Program-made: the position numbers and the translations under genes | Virus record (IMG/VR): IMGVR_UViG_2595698339_000001 | Coordinates: 13,368 to 77,367 of that record | Direction: 5' to 3' (one strand) | Origin: a virus | Lineage: Duplodnaviria > Caudoviricetes | Length of the DNA stretch: 64,000 nucleotides | Notes under the pieces: model-generated | Databases searched by the model: none | What the model was told of the DNA's origin: nothing | What the model saw: only the letters and a program-made list of their open reading frames with translations | Part shown: positions 53,570-62,785 of the stretch, in pieces | How the letters are laid out: each line of letters begins with the position of its first letter | How positions within the stretch are numbered: position 1 is the stretch's first letter

Positions 53570-53775
53570 CCCCAGAGGAGGCCCGCCTCCATGTGGAGAT
53601 CGCGGTCCTGAAGGCCGAGCTGGAAACCGAGCGCCGCCACGCCGACAAGTGGCAGAGGCTCGCCGGTCGCTACGACGACATCCGCTACGCCCTGCGCAAC
53701 GCCCCGGACACCCCGAAGGGTCACGCAGAGTTCTACAACGAGTGCGCTGAACTCATCTTCGGAGAAACCTCATGA
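53566..53775 (+). CDS. hypothetical protein
   Basis: 69 aa, overlaps neighbours. Confidence 0.55.
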   Translation: MTPEEARLHVEIAVLKAELETERRHADKWQRLAGRYDDIRYALRNAPDTPKGHAEFYNECAELIFGETS

Positions 53776-53857
53776 AATTCCTGCTTGTAATGGCCGCGGT
53801 TGTCATCGCGGGGGATTGGTACCTGGAGCGCCAGGAGCGCGGATTGGCGGATGGCCA

Positions 53858-54100
53858 GTGATCCTCGGACCTGGAGCGCCCATCCGGCTGCATACCGACC
53901 TTCCCTGCGATGGCCGGTACATCGACTACACCTTCGACACGGAGACGGGGGAGCACACGCTCAACTTGTGCTGCATCCTGATCCACTCGCAGGTGCCTGG
54001 CGAGCTCGTCAACCATCTCGCACCGTACCGCGACTCCCGCGGCGTGCGGGACCTTATTTCCTGGCTAAACAAGGCCGACCACCTCCGCTCTCTGACGTAA
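53858..54100 (+). CDS. hypothetical protein
   Basis: GTG start inside ORF 53816..54100. Confidence 0.5.
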   Translation: MILGPGAPIRLHTDLPCDGRYIDYTFDTETGEHTLNLCCILIHSQVPGELVNHLAPYRDSRGVRDLISWLNKADHLRSLT

Positions 54101-54107
54101 GGGGAAC

Positions 54108-55070
54108 ATGTCCCTCAAGGATGCCCTAGCCGAAGTCGATAAGAGGTTCGGCGCCGGGGCCGCAATGACCCTCGGCGCCAAGCCGCAGACTGTGGACACC
54201 ATTCCCACCGGCTCGATAGCTCTGGACGCCGCTCTCGGCATCGGGGGGTATCCGAGGGGCCGGGTAGTGGAGATCTACGGTCCTGAGTCTTCAGGGAAGT
54301 CAACGTTGTGCCTCCACGCGGTGGCCAATGCCCAGAAGGCCGGTGGCAACGCCGCCTACATCGACGCCGAACATTCTCTCGACCCTGAGTACGCCGCGGC
54401 GCTCGGGGTGGATGTCGACAATCTCGTGGTTGTGCAGCCAGACACTGGCGAGCAGGCCCTGGAGATCGTTGACCTTCTCGTCAAGTCTGGCGAGGTTTCC
54501 ATCATCGTTGTGGACTCTGTGGCGGCCCTGGTGCCGCGGGCGGAGCTCGAAGGGGACATCGGGGACTCGCACGTCGGCCTGCATGCCCGCCTGATGTCTC
54601 AGGCCATGCGCAAGCTGACCGGCACGATTGCCAGCACCAACACGCTCACCCTGTGGGTGAATCAGCTGCGCGAGAAGATCGGCAACGTGGGCTACGGCCC
54701 GAATGAGACCACCACCGGTGGTAAGGCTCTGCGCTTCTACGCCTCGGTGCGTATGGATGTCCGCAGGATCGCCACCGAGAAGGAAGGCGATGAGGCTGTC
54801 GGCAACCGCACGCGCGTGAAGGTTGTCAAGAACAAGCTGGCGCCTCCGCACCGCCAGGCTGAGTTTTCCATCGTCTACGGCGAGGGCATTTCCCGCGAGG
54901 CCGAACTCCTCGACATGGCCGTTTCCCGAGGGCTCATCAAGAAGTCTGGGGCCTGGTTCAAGTACGGGGACAAGAACATCGGCCAGGGCAAGCCCAAGAC
55001 CGTGCAGTGGCTGAAGGACAACCCGGACGTCGCCGCCTCCATCGAACAGACCATCAAGGGGGCATTGTGA
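54108..55070 (+). CDS. recA: RecA recombinase
   Basis: [48 protein letters not shown]. Confidence 0.97.
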   Translation: MSLKDALAEVDKRFGAGAAMTLGAKPQTVDTIPTGSIALDAALGIGGYPRGRVVEIYGPESSGKSTLCLHAVANAQKAGGNAAYIDAEHSLDPEYAAALGVDVDNLVVVQPDTGEQALEIVDLLVKSGEVSIIVVDSVAALVPRAELEGDIGDSHVGLHARLMSQAMRKLTGTIASTNTLTLWVNQLREKIGNVGYGPNETTTGGKALRFYASVRMDVRRIATEKEGDEAVGNRTRVKVVKNKLAPPHRQAEFSIVYGEGISREAELLDMAVSRGLIKKSGAWFKYGDKNIGQGKPKTVQWLKDNPDVAASIEQTIKGAL

Positions 55071-55285
55071 AGACGCTGAAGCGCCAATGGGCGCGCCTGA
55101 AGTCGTTCGTCCGCCGCAACGCGGACGCCCTGCTCAACATCACGGACGCGTTCCTCCCGTGGTGACTGGAACGATCCTCGTCGGACTCCTCCGCTCTTCG
55201 GAGGAGTACCCGAGGTACACCCTCGTGCGTCACTACATCCCCGAGAGCAGCCCTCCACGCCTCCTGAAAGTGACCATTCACCCAC

Positions 55286-55459
55286 ATGAGCCTCACTGAC
55301 TATCTCGCGTCCAAGACGACGCGCCTCATCGAGTCGCACAACACCATCGAGTCGGCCCTACTGAAGAACGACGTCGGCACCGACGACAAGGGCCGCTGGC
55401 GCTACCGTATGGCCAACCTGGTCTCGTCGGACAATGTGCGGCGGTACTTCAATGCCTAG
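55286..55459 (+). CDS. hypothetical protein
   Basis: MSLTDYLASK...RYFNA*, translated by hand. Confidence 0.5.
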   Translation: MSLTDYLASKTTRLIESHNTIESALLKNDVGTDDKGRWRYRMANLVSSDNVRRYFNA

Positions 55460-55664
55460 CCTCGGCCGTAGCCTCCACCCGGGCGTGTTCGGCCCCTATG
55501 ACAGCGTCGTGCGTCATCTCCGCGGCGAGGCTGTGGGGGATGAAGTTTTCCAGGACCACTCACCCTTCGTCGCCGCCCTTAATACCGGCGACTTCTTCCA
55601 TGAGCTCTATCACGACAAAATCCATGATTGCGTAGGCGAAGAGCTTGACGACGAAGAGGTCTAA
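55452..55664 (+). CDS. hypothetical protein
   Basis: Overlapping ORF within the operon. Confidence 0.5.
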   Translation: MPSLGRSLHPGVFGPYDSVVRHLRGEAVGDEVFQDHSPFVAALNTGDFFHELYHDKIHDCVGEELDDEEV

Positions 55665-55899
55665 ATCGGGCTGGGCCATCCGCAAGGAAGAGAATAACTT
55701 CGGGGCTCCCGGCAAGAGCTGGTTCATGATCGGTCCCGATGGGCGCAAGAAGTGGTGCCCCTCTTGGGAATTCGCGCTCATCATGCTTCCCCTTGAGCAG
55801 ACGTACCACTTCATCACCGACATGAAGACCATTGAGGAACCCACAACATGGACAGCGAACTCTTCCCCATCGACGTCAAGGCCAATGACTCTCTCTTGA
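55645..55899 (+). CDS. hypothetical protein
   Basis: 84 aa ORF. Confidence 0.5.
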   Translation: MTTKRSKSGWAIRKEENNFGAPGKSWFMIGPDGRKKWCPSWEFALIMLPLEQTYHFITDMKTIEEPTTWTANSSPSTSRPMTLS

Positions 55900-56309
55900 T
55901 CGCTGAAGAGCAACGCCGCCACGGTCTCATCGACTACGCCGTGCGACGTTTCGCACCAACCCTGGCAGGTAAGCCAGATGTGACGGTCGTTCACTTGTAT
56001 TCCACGAACGCCAGCCTGCGTAAGGCAATACGAGAGCTCTGCGGAGCCCGGACAATCTGCGTGGAACACAGCTTGGACGACAAGGAACGCAAAGGCGTCA
56101 ACCAGGTCAACCAGGACGGCACTCTGCTGAGGCTGCCGAAGAAGGCTGACCTCGTCGTGACGAAGTCGAACCTCAATTCCGCCACGGAATGGCTCGCGGC
56201 ACGCCTGGGCGCCATGCCGGTGGTTCTCCCCGAGGGGCAGGACTACTTGCTGGCACGCCTGGAGCGGCAGCGGGCCATAGTTCTCGTGGGAGCGGAGCAG
56301 GCCAAGTGA
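55848..56309 (+). CDS. hypothetical protein
   Basis: GAGGAA RBS; ..GA.PVVLPEG..YL motif. Confidence 0.65.
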   Translation: MDSELFPIDVKANDSLLIAEEQRRHGLIDYAVRRFAPTLAGKPDVTVVHLYSTNASLRKAIRELCGARTICVEHSLDDKERKGVNQVNQDGTLLRLPKKADLVVTKSNLNSATEWLAARLGAMPVVLPEGQDYLLARLERQRAIVLVGAEQAK

Positions 56310-56473
56310 AGGGCACCAAGTGCTTCCCCTGCCTCATGGAGGCCCTGGAAGGCAAGGACGAGCTGTCCTTCGTGGAGCTCACCTCCTTGCATGACGCAGT
56401 GACCATGATCGCTGGCACCGCGGTGTGTCAGTGGCACGCCAGGCCGAAGGAGTTAGATGACGGTCGACCATAG
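56306..56473 (+). CDS. small Zn-binding protein
   Basis: CFPC...AVT..AGTAVC.WH. Confidence 0.55.
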   Translation: MKGTKCFPCLMEALEGKDELSFVELTSLHDAVTMIAGTAVCQWHARPKELDDGRP

Positions 56474-56657
56474 ACAGGCCGCAGAGGAGCTGGTGAAGGA
56501 CCCGGGGAGTACCTACCGGGAGGACCCTCTCGCTGGCTACCGCATGGTCACCCACGCTCTACTGGCCGCGGTCGACGCCATCGAGGCGCTGACCATCGTC
56601 ACGGCCGCCGCCACCGAAGACTTCGAGTACGAGGAACAGGAAGACAAGACGCCATGA
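56457..56657 (+). CDS. hypothetical protein
   Basis: AAGGAG RBS. Confidence 0.6.
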   Translation: MTVDHRQAAEELVKDPGSTYREDPLAGYRMVTHALLAAVDAIEALTIVTAAATEDFEYEEQEDKTP

Positions 56658-56787
56658 TGTGTCCAGTGTGCGACAACGACCTCGATCCGCGCGAACCTCA
56701 CGACGAGTGCGACTTGACACCGGGCCGCACCTGCGACACCGATGGCTGCGCCTTTCAGTGGTGCGTACACGCGGGGGAGTGTGTGGT

Positions 56788-56967
56788 GTGAAGCGCCGCC
56801 TCGCCCGCGCCCTGGCTTCCCTCGCCTACCGGCTCGGCTACACCACCGGCATCAAGGAGCTGGAGATCATCTGGTCTCGCGGCAATCCTCCGTACGTGAA
56901 GATCGACTTGCAGAGTGGCCAGCGCGTCATCGGCTGGGTCTGCCCGACACCTGATGGGCCGATCTGA
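56788..56967 (+). CDS. hypothetical protein
   Basis: GGGGAG RBS, GTG start. Confidence 0.5.
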   Translation: MKRRLARALASLAYRLGYTTGIKELEIIWSRGNPPYVKIDLQSGQRVIGWVCPTPDGPI

Positions 56968-57243
56968 TGGACCGCGTGGACGAGCTCGCAACTGAGCTCA
57001 TCGAGGACTACCTCCGGGAAGAGCAAGACACCATCGTCCCCAGTATCGACGCTGAGCACATCGTCCAGGAATTGAGAAAGCATGGCCTCCTCAAGTAACC
57101 CACTGACCATGTCGGCCTCCGTGGACATCACCCCGGAGATCGACTGGAATGCCCTCCATGGGGAGTTGACACGATTCCTGGTGCGCGAGGTGCGCCACGC
57201 CGTGTGCTCACTGCTGCGGCGGCCGTGCCCCGACTGCAAGTGA

Positions 57244-57620
57244 CGTGAAAAGGCCGACGAAAATTCGCGCGAAACGAAATCGCGTCATAGAAAAAAATTT
57301 AGGAATGTTTTCGCATTCCGGGTCGGCCGAGAATTTCTCCAAAGTGATCGTTAGGTAGTCTAACTAACTTTCCGATTTTGACACCTGTCAGCTAACTCGT
57401 TCGCGCACCTAACTATATGCAGGCAAGGGTACCCTAACCCTACCGCCAAGTAGGTTTGCCAGCGGCCGCGCGCACGTCACTACGCGCGCACGTACCCATG
57501 GTTAGCTGAGACCGTGCCCTCTGTCGGCTGTCCTGTCGCTACCTCCGTCCCTCTAGTGTCCTCCGCTCCGCGCGGAGTAGAACGAACTAATGCCTCAGCC
57601 GCTACCGACTGAGGCTGTCC
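57244..57620. other. AT-rich, palindrome-rich non-coding junction between convergent operons
   Basis: A7 tract, five short palindromes and repeated CTAAC. Confidence 0.6.
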
Positions 57621-57621
57621 T

Positions 57622-57885
57622 CTAGGTTTGCGTGTCTCCTGTTGCGATAGCCCTCTGTATTGCCGCTACCGACAGCCCAGAGACCTCCGAGAGTTGCGGG
57701 TAGCTATGCCCGCTGGCTTTCGCGTCTCGGAGCTCAGCGTGGAGCTCAGCCCTCAGCGTCTCCAGCGTCTCTCTGGCTTGCCAGTAGGCATCAGAGACCG
57801 CGCGAACACGGGCCATGCGTTCCTCATTGGCTGGCCTGTATGTCATTGGGTTGAAGTCTGGCCGCGCGATTGGGTCAACGCTCAT
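57622..57885 (-). CDS. small HTH protein
   Basis: GHSYPQLSEVSGLSVAAIQR. Confidence 0.7.
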   Translation of the reverse strand: MSVDPIARPDFNPMTYRPANEERMARVRAVSDAYWQARETLETLRAELHAELRDAKASGHSYPQLSEVSGLSVAAIQRAIATGDTQT

Positions 57886-58271
57886 GCTGTCCGTCCCTCC
57901 GTGTCTGGTCCGCCGTACCCGTACTCATAGAGGCTATTGCCGTCCCACCACACTTGCCGCGCGCGCACTGTGGCACGAAGGACTGTCATGCCCTCCGTGT
58001 CTCCATGGTCACGCGCGTATCCCTCTGAGAGACTCACCCAATCGCCAGCGTTGATGGCTGTCACTCCGTGCGGTACCGCACGGTAGATAGTCACGCGCGC
58101 GTGCGGATTGCCACGCGCGGACAGGACAGCCACCATGGTCTCCGTGTCGTCTCCACCATGGTGATCCTGCGGCCGCTCGTAAACGTCAGCCGTATGGTCG
58201 CTGAGACTGTCCAACGGTACTGAGTACCCGTCGTCGGTTGGCGCGGTATGGGTACCGCGATAGTCGCTCAT
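57882..58271 (-). CDS. putative ADP-ribosyltransferase-fold protein
   Basis: GGAGGA RBS; IYRAV / WVSLS..YA / YEYG in R-S-E order. Confidence 0.5.
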   Translation of the reverse strand: MSDYRGTHTAPTDDGYSVPLDSLSDHTADVYERPQDHHGGDDTETMVAVLSARGNPHARVTIYRAVPHGVTAINAGDWVSLSEGYARDHGDTEGMTVLRATVRARQVWWDGNSLYEYGYGGPDTEGRTA

Positions 58272-58290
58272 CTATCCTCCGATTACTCTG

Positions 58291-58373
58291 CAGAGTGCTC
58301 AGCCTCATGGCTGAGCACTCTGTCGGGCAATCGCCGGATAGCAGAATGCCCGCGCGGCATATTCCGCGCGGGC
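58291..58373. terminator. two perfect hairpins (terminator or processing site)
   Basis: CAGAGTGCTCAGCC-TCAT-GGCTGAGCACTCTG (14 bp) and GCCCGCGCGG-CATATT-CCGCGCGGGC (10 bp). Confidence 0.6.
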
Positions 58374-58389
58374 TCTAACCCTCAGACAG

Positions 58390-58644
58390 TCAATCGCTCC
58401 ATGGTTTGACCATGGGTCGGACTAGAACAGTCTCCCCGTTGTCGTGACGGTGCCAGCTGGCTTGAGTTTGATAGCGCTCCGCCTCAGCTCCGTTGAGTCG
58501 CATAGCTTCAGCGGTAGCGCGCACCGTGTCACGGTCTCCACGCTCAGCGGCCGCGAGCATGCCCTCAGCCATCCTTGCGTTGACTGTCCGCAATCGCGTT
58601 GCGTGAGCTTCGAGTAGCTCCACATATGACCGGGTGGCACTCAT
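58390..58644 (-). CDS. hypothetical protein
   Basis: GGAG RBS, MSATRS... Confidence 0.6.
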   Translation of the reverse strand: MSATRSYVELLEAHATRLRTVNARMAEGMLAAAERGDRDTVRATAEAMRLNGAEAERYQTQASWHRHDNGETVLVRPMVKPWSD

Positions 58645-58711
58645 GATTGCAGCTCCAGTGTTGCCCAACCGAATTCTGAGCGGCCGTGGTGGATGGTCTC
58701 GACAATGGTGC

Positions 58712-59080
58712 TCATCGGAGTAGAGCCTTCCGAACCATGGTCACATCTTCACGTGAGCCGCTGAGTCGACTGTTGCACACGGAGCAAGGACTGTGGTTTC
58801 CGTATGCGAAAGTCGTTCTCTCGCAATCGCAATCTTCCTCGCAATCCTCCCCGGCGTGCGAGCAAGTTGACCATGGTCCGTCATGCAAGTGTCCCAGAGT
58901 CACGTCATACTCCGCGAGTGTGGCATTGGCATTGTCCTCGCTCTGTTGGGTCCAGTCTCCCTCACCAACTGTTGGCCAATCTCCGTTAGCCAATCCCATG
59001 AGGCAGTCCACGCACACGGAGCCAGCGTGGAAATTGCCCGACTCCAGTGCCTCAGCGTATTTGTTCGTGATTGTGCTCAT
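58712..59080 (-). CDS. Cys-rich hypothetical protein
   Basis: CVDC..ANG, CDC, PCSVC; ATGA overlap. Confidence 0.65.
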   Translation of the reverse strand: MSTITNKYAEALESGNFHAGSVCVDCLMGLANGDWPTVGEGDWTQQSEDNANATLAEYDVTLGHLHDGPWSTCSHAGEDCEEDCDCERTTFAYGNHSPCSVCNSRLSGSREDVTMVRKALLR

Positions 59081-59535
59081 GCTGCCACCAACGTTCCATT
59101 TCCGTTGTCCCACAACTCCGTTGCCGCTCCGTAAGAGTCAGCGACTTTAGTCAAGTAGTCTCCCAACTCACCCAAACCACAGTCCCAGAATCCCGCGCCG
59201 TGATGCTCGCGCGTGAGATAGAAGTCATGCCCGAAATAGGCAGACACGGTGCCCTGTCCCGGGTCATACTCGCGCGCATTGAGGTACATCCGCACGGCTA
59301 GCGGATGCTGCGCCACTACCTCTGTGAGTTCCGCGCGGACGGCCGCAACGTAGTCCTCTGCAATGTCCTCGCGCGAGTAGTTCTCATCGTAGTGAACCGG
59401 CTCAGAGCCTTCCTCGCGGTAGTCCAGTCCTGCCCAGAGCTGAGCGTCAAGGTAACCCTCAACCATGGCATTGATGTCCGCTCCGCTGAGTTCCACGCTC
59501 CGCGCGTAGTCCTCCGGGTCAATTGTGTATGGCAT
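59077..59535 (-). CDS. hypothetical protein
   Basis: GY..A.LW...GHDF.LTR..HGAGFWD motif; AGGA RBS. Confidence 0.7.
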   Translation of the reverse strand: MPYTIDPEDYARSVELSGADINAMVEGYLDAQLWAGLDYREEGSEPVHYDENYSREDIAEDYVAAVRAELTEVVAQHPLAVRMYLNAREYDPGQGTVSAYFGHDFYLTREHHGAGFWDCGLGELGDYLTKVADSYGAATELWDNGNGTLVAA

Positions 59536-59549
59536 TGTTCCTGTCCTTC

Positions 59550-59879
59550 CTAGCCCTCTGCCAGCTCAAGCCAGCGCTCATAGCGGTATTCGAGTCCGTT
59601 GTACGCCTTGCGAGCTTCCTCATCGGAGGCGTACCGCGTGATGTGGATAAAACCTTGAGAGTCCTCGACGGTGAGGAATGATCCGACGATGTCCTCATCG
59701 GCCGGATTGCCGTATGCCTCAATGACTTCCGAGAATTCCCTACGGATGTCTGCCAGCTCAGCTGGAGTGTTGGTGACGTATGCGAAGAATCCCGTTGAGG
59801 ACTCCACATCGCCATTGCTCATGGTGAACCAACCGTCACTCACCATGGCTTGAAATAATGCCTCGATTGCAGTCTTCAT
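59550..59879 (-). CDS. hypothetical protein
   Basis: MKTAIEALF...GDVE..TG.F...EDSQGF. Confidence 0.65.
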   Translation of the reverse strand: MKTAIEALFQAMVSDGWFTMSNGDVESSTGFFAYVTNTPAELADIRREFSEVIEAYGNPADEDIVGSFLTVEDSQGFIHITRYASDEEARKAYNGLEYRYERWLELAEG

Positions 59880-59883
59880 GTCT

Positions 59884-60402
59884 CTACTTCCATTCCTCTG
59901 GAGCCGCGTCATAAAGGCTATCGGTGAGGTAGTCCAGTACGGTTTGGAACTCGTCACCGTAGCGGTAGACATTTTCGATGCCCCAGTAGCCGACGAGCTT
60001 GGCAGAACCCTCCGACAGATCCTGGACGATCTCGATGTGCGGGCCACCCGTGCCGATCACCACGGCCAGCGGTCGACCGATCTTCACCTCTACCGAGATC
60101 GGAAATTCACTGATGGGCGATTCATTGCCGTACTCGTCAACGATGGTCGGTTCATCGAACTCATCGAGCTCGATTACCCAGGTATCGGGTTCACCCGTTA
60201 GGGCAGTTGTATTCTCGCTAACGATGATCTCGTAGGCGCTGCTTTCGGAGTCAGCTATGGTGACGTGTTGGTTGCCATCATCATCGGTGATGGTCCATCG
60301 GTTGCCGTACTCGGCCGACTCGATCTGTCGCGCGTACTCGCGGATGGTCTCGGCAGCATTCTCCACGTACTCGGTAAGCATGCCCTTGGTTGATTCAGTC
60401 AT
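59884..60402 (-). CDS. acidic hypothetical protein
   Basis: GTGGPHIEI...GYWG motif. Confidence 0.7.
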   Translation of the reverse strand: MTESTKGMLTEYVENAAETIREYARQIESAEYGNRWTITDDDGNQHVTIADSESSAYEIIVSENTTALTGEPDTWVIELDEFDEPTIVDEYGNESPISEFPISVEVKIGRPLAVVIGTGGPHIEIVQDLSEGSAKLVGYWGIENVYRYGDEFQTVLDYLTDSLYDAAPEEWK

Positions 60403-60422
60403 TGTCTCGTCTCTCTATGAAG

Positions 60423-60734
60423 TCAGTAGCCGCTCTTGGTTGGCACGTACTTGCGGCCGTCCCATACGGCCGTGATCCGGTCATTGGGGCCAAGTAGGTC
60501 AGATGAACCTTGCGCGTTACTTCGATGCATAAGCAGTAGCGCTGGCCTCCAGCCCGTGGTGCGTGATACTACGCCCGTGCGGACCAGTCCTTCACCCTCC
60601 ACGCGCACGCGCACCCCGGTTTCGTACGCCTTGATGAGCGCACCATGGCATGCCGCTATATTGCTCACGTCTGCCCTATCTCCGTGCTTGCGCGCCACGT
60701 CCGCCAGAATGTTTGCCAAAACCCGTTCGCTCAT
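60423..60734 (-). CDS. hypothetical protein
   Basis: G.V..TTGWRP..LLM.RS...GSS motif; GAGGACTAGGAAC leader. Confidence 0.65.
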   Translation of the reverse strand: MSERVLANILADVARKHGDRADVSNIAACHGALIKAYETGVRVRVEGEGLVRTGVVSRTTGWRPALLLMHRSNAQGSSDLLGPNDRITAVWDGRKYVPTKSGY

Positions 60735-60853
60735 GTTCCTAGTCCTCATCTTCCTCGTAGCATCCGCAAACCTTGCAGTCCGTGCAATGGTTGACTCCGT
60801 GCTCTAGACATCCGTGCCATGGGCGGATGTAATCGGTAATTTGCACCATGGTG

Positions 60854-61060
60854 TTACGCTCCATATCCGTTGATGAATTCCAGTGCCTCAGCTTTGGTGA
60901 AAAACGGGTCAATCCACAGTGTTTCTTCAACACTGTCCACGTACCAGTACCACCCCGAACCGTAACCGTTGCCCGGAGCCTGCCGACGCTCCACAGTGAA
61001 TTCTCCGCGCGCGGTAGTGACACGGTAGAGGCCTGCCCGGATGCGAGTGTTCTTGCTCAT
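60854..61060 (-). CDS. hypothetical protein (leaderless)
   Basis: ATG 7 nt after TAAGGT; F.TKAEA motif. Confidence 0.65.
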   Translation of the reverse strand: MSKNTRIRAGLYRVTTARGEFTVERRQAPGNGYGSGWYWYVDSVEETLWIDPFFTKAEALEFINGYGA

Positions 61061-61067
61061 GTCTGTT

Positions 61068-61097
61068 ACCTTACGCGAGTAGTAAGCCACTAGGCAA
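61068..61097 (-). promoter_or_regulatory. leaderless promoter, copy 1
   Basis: TTGCCT-N18-TAAGGT-N7-ATGAGCAA. Confidence 0.7.
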
Positions 61098-61105
61098 GTG
61101 TTGGC

Positions 61106-61618
61106 TCAGAAAGCCTCGAAAGTCGCGTAGATGCGAGTCCATCCCCTGCCCTCAAGCTCAGCCACGCGCGCGGCAACTTGACCCGGGTGGACATTGCGGT
61201 AAACCGTGGTCACGTGCTTGTCGGTAGGGTTCATGCCTCCGACAATGAACGTTGCGCGTGTGTCGCGGAAGATGGGACGGCCGGTAGAGGTCTCGTAGGC
61301 GATTGGCGCGTGCTCTGCGCAGTACGCGCCGGAGTAGAGGCCATCCTTGCCGTAGTAGTGGTCAATGACATCACTACCGCATGTCTGGCACTCCGACTGC
61401 AGCTCGACAGTCTCCGCGACTTCCTCCACGGTCTCTGCCTCCACGGTCTCCACGGTCTCTGCCTCCACGTACCGCAATCCGCAGTACTGGCACTCCAGCC
61501 GCGCGCCACCTTCGACTGCGCGCACCACATGGTCATAGTCGCTGAAGTCAATGCAGTCATTGCAGCGGAAATGCCCATTGCGGATGACGCCGATGATCTT
61601 GCTTGCTTGGTTGCTCAT
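61106..61618 (-). CDS. Zn-binding hypothetical protein (leaderless) with ETV tandem repeats
   Basis: CxxC pairs; EAETVETVEAETVEEVAETVE. Confidence 0.65.
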   Translation of the reverse strand: MSNQASKIIGVIRNGHFRCNDCIDFSDYDHVVRAVEGGARLECQYCGLRYVEAETVETVEAETVEEVAETVELQSECQTCGSDVIDHYYGKDGLYSGAYCAEHAPIAYETSTGRPIFRDTRATFIVGGMNPTDKHVTTVYRNVHPGQVAARVAELEGRGWTRIYATFEAF

Positions 61619-61625
61619 GGGGACC

Positions 61626-61654
61626 ACCTTACGGCTGTAGTAACGAATAGGCAA
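61626..61654 (-). promoter_or_regulatory. leaderless promoter, copy 2
   Basis: TTGCCT-N17-TAAGGT-N7-ATGAGCAA. Confidence 0.7.
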
Positions 61655-61657
61655 GCG

Positions 61658-62050
61658 TCAATCGCGCAAGTTGTCTATGTGGGATGCATCCGTAGGCATG
61701 AGCGCATGGCGCGAGTACCAACCGTCCGTACCTCCGCCTTGAGCCATGCTGCCATCAGTCCAGCGGACATAGACGCAATGGCCTCCGTTGTCCTCGAGGA
61801 CAGTGCCAACACGGCCGTTTCTGTGTCGCACGGACAGTCCTTGCAGTGTCTCCACGCGCTCCATGTCGCGCGTATACGCGTAGTGACGGTTACCGCTGAG
61901 CCCTTCCACCATGTAGCCCTCAATACCTGTGTTGAGTGTGTATGGACCTCCGACCACAACGGCCGGATAGCGGAAGTGCTGCAAGTCTGCACTCCGCACG
62001 TTATCTCCCGCGAAGACCGTGACGTGGTCACGTTGCTTGAAGTCGCTCAT
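61658..62050 (-). CDS. hypothetical protein (SH3-like repeats)
   Basis: VRH..GRVGTV...V.VRW.DG. Confidence 0.6.
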   Translation of the reverse strand: MSDFKQRDHVTVFAGDNVRSADLQHFRYPAVVVGGPYTLNTGIEGYMVEGLSGNRHYAYTRDMERVETLQGLSVRHRNGRVGTVLEDNGGHCVYVRWTDGSMAQGGGTDGWYSRHALMPTDASHIDNLRD

Positions 62051-62054
62051 GTTC

Positions 62055-62228
62055 CTAGTCCTCCCTCAGTCCTTGGTAGACATATCCGTGACGTCCGTAC
62101 TTGTCCGCCACTACGTACCGCTCAGAGTAACCGCTAGCATCACGGACGACAGTCAATCGCTCTGCCCAATTGAACTGATGACTCAGCGGTCCATCCACAC
62201 CGTTGATGAACACTGTCCCGACGCTCAT
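62055..62228 (-). CDS. hypothetical protein (57 aa)
   Basis: MSVGTVFING...LRED*, translated by hand; ATGA overlap. Confidence 0.55.
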   Translation of the reverse strand: MSVGTVFINGVDGPLSHQFNWAERLTVVRDASGYSERYVVADKYGRHGYVYQGLRED

Positions 62229-62470
62229 CGGACTACTCCCCAGCGCGTGACATCCGCTCCACGGAGCATCCGCGCGAGCAAGTCCTCAGCGTCCGTGACC
62301 ATCCGCCACGCCTCGACTGTCTCGTAGGCATCGCTTGCAGTGCTCATGGCCCGCTGGGCTGAGCTGAGCGCTCCGTGCGCGTACCCAGTAAATCCGGTGA
62401 GGCATGCCCGGTCCATCAGTCCATCCGCCCGACGCATGAGGCTGTCAAACACGTTGCTCATGGTGCTCAT
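62225..62470 (-). CDS. hypothetical protein
   Basis: GGAGG RBS, ATGA overlap. Confidence 0.6.
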   Translation of the reverse strand: MSTMSNVFDSLMRRADGLMDRACLTGFTGYAHGALSSAQRAMSTASDAYETVEAWRMVTDAEDLLARMLRGADVTRWGVVR

Positions 62471-62721
62471 GCCTCCGTCTCGAAGAGTCGAGCCAACAGG
62501 TGGCCCGCGCAACGTTTCTGTCCGCAGTAGGCCACGACGTTGGTTCCGTGGATGCGGACTCCGCCGTAGTTCATGTGCTCAGCCATTGCCCGGAGTGTCT
62601 TGTGTGCCTCACGGAGGCTGTCCACGTAGTCCTCACCGTCCGTGGTGACGATTGTGTATGCCATTGCCTCAGTCCTTCCATTGCCCATGGCACGCATGGC
62701 GCGCGCACCGTTGTTGCTCAT
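62467..62721 (-). CDS. hypothetical protein (leaderless)
   Basis: ATG 7 nt after TAAGGT. Confidence 0.6.
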   Translation of the reverse strand: MSNNGARAMRAMGNGRTEAMAYTIVTTDGEDYVDSLREAHKTLRAMAEHMNYGGVRIHGTNVVAYCGQKRCAGHLLARLFETEA

Positions 62722-62728
62722 GCGGACA

Positions 62729-62757
62729 ACCTTACGCCGCGCATAAGCCATTGCCAA
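62729..62757 (-). promoter_or_regulatory. leaderless promoter, copy 3
   Basis: TTGGCA-N17-TAAGGT-N7-ATGAGCAA. Confidence 0.7.
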
Positions 62758-62785
62758 GCACCAACCATCTACCAACTAGGGAGAC

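Larger units (their letters stand above)
60727..62063 (-). repeat. 21-bp direct repeat spanning stop-RBS-start (copies at 60727-60747 and 62043-62063)
   Basis: GAGGACTAGGAACATGAGCGA is identical at both gene junctions. Confidence 0.8.

Noticed and set aside
37556-55070. Inteins in DnaB or RecA
   Set aside because: Both proteins are of normal or short length with contiguous motifs
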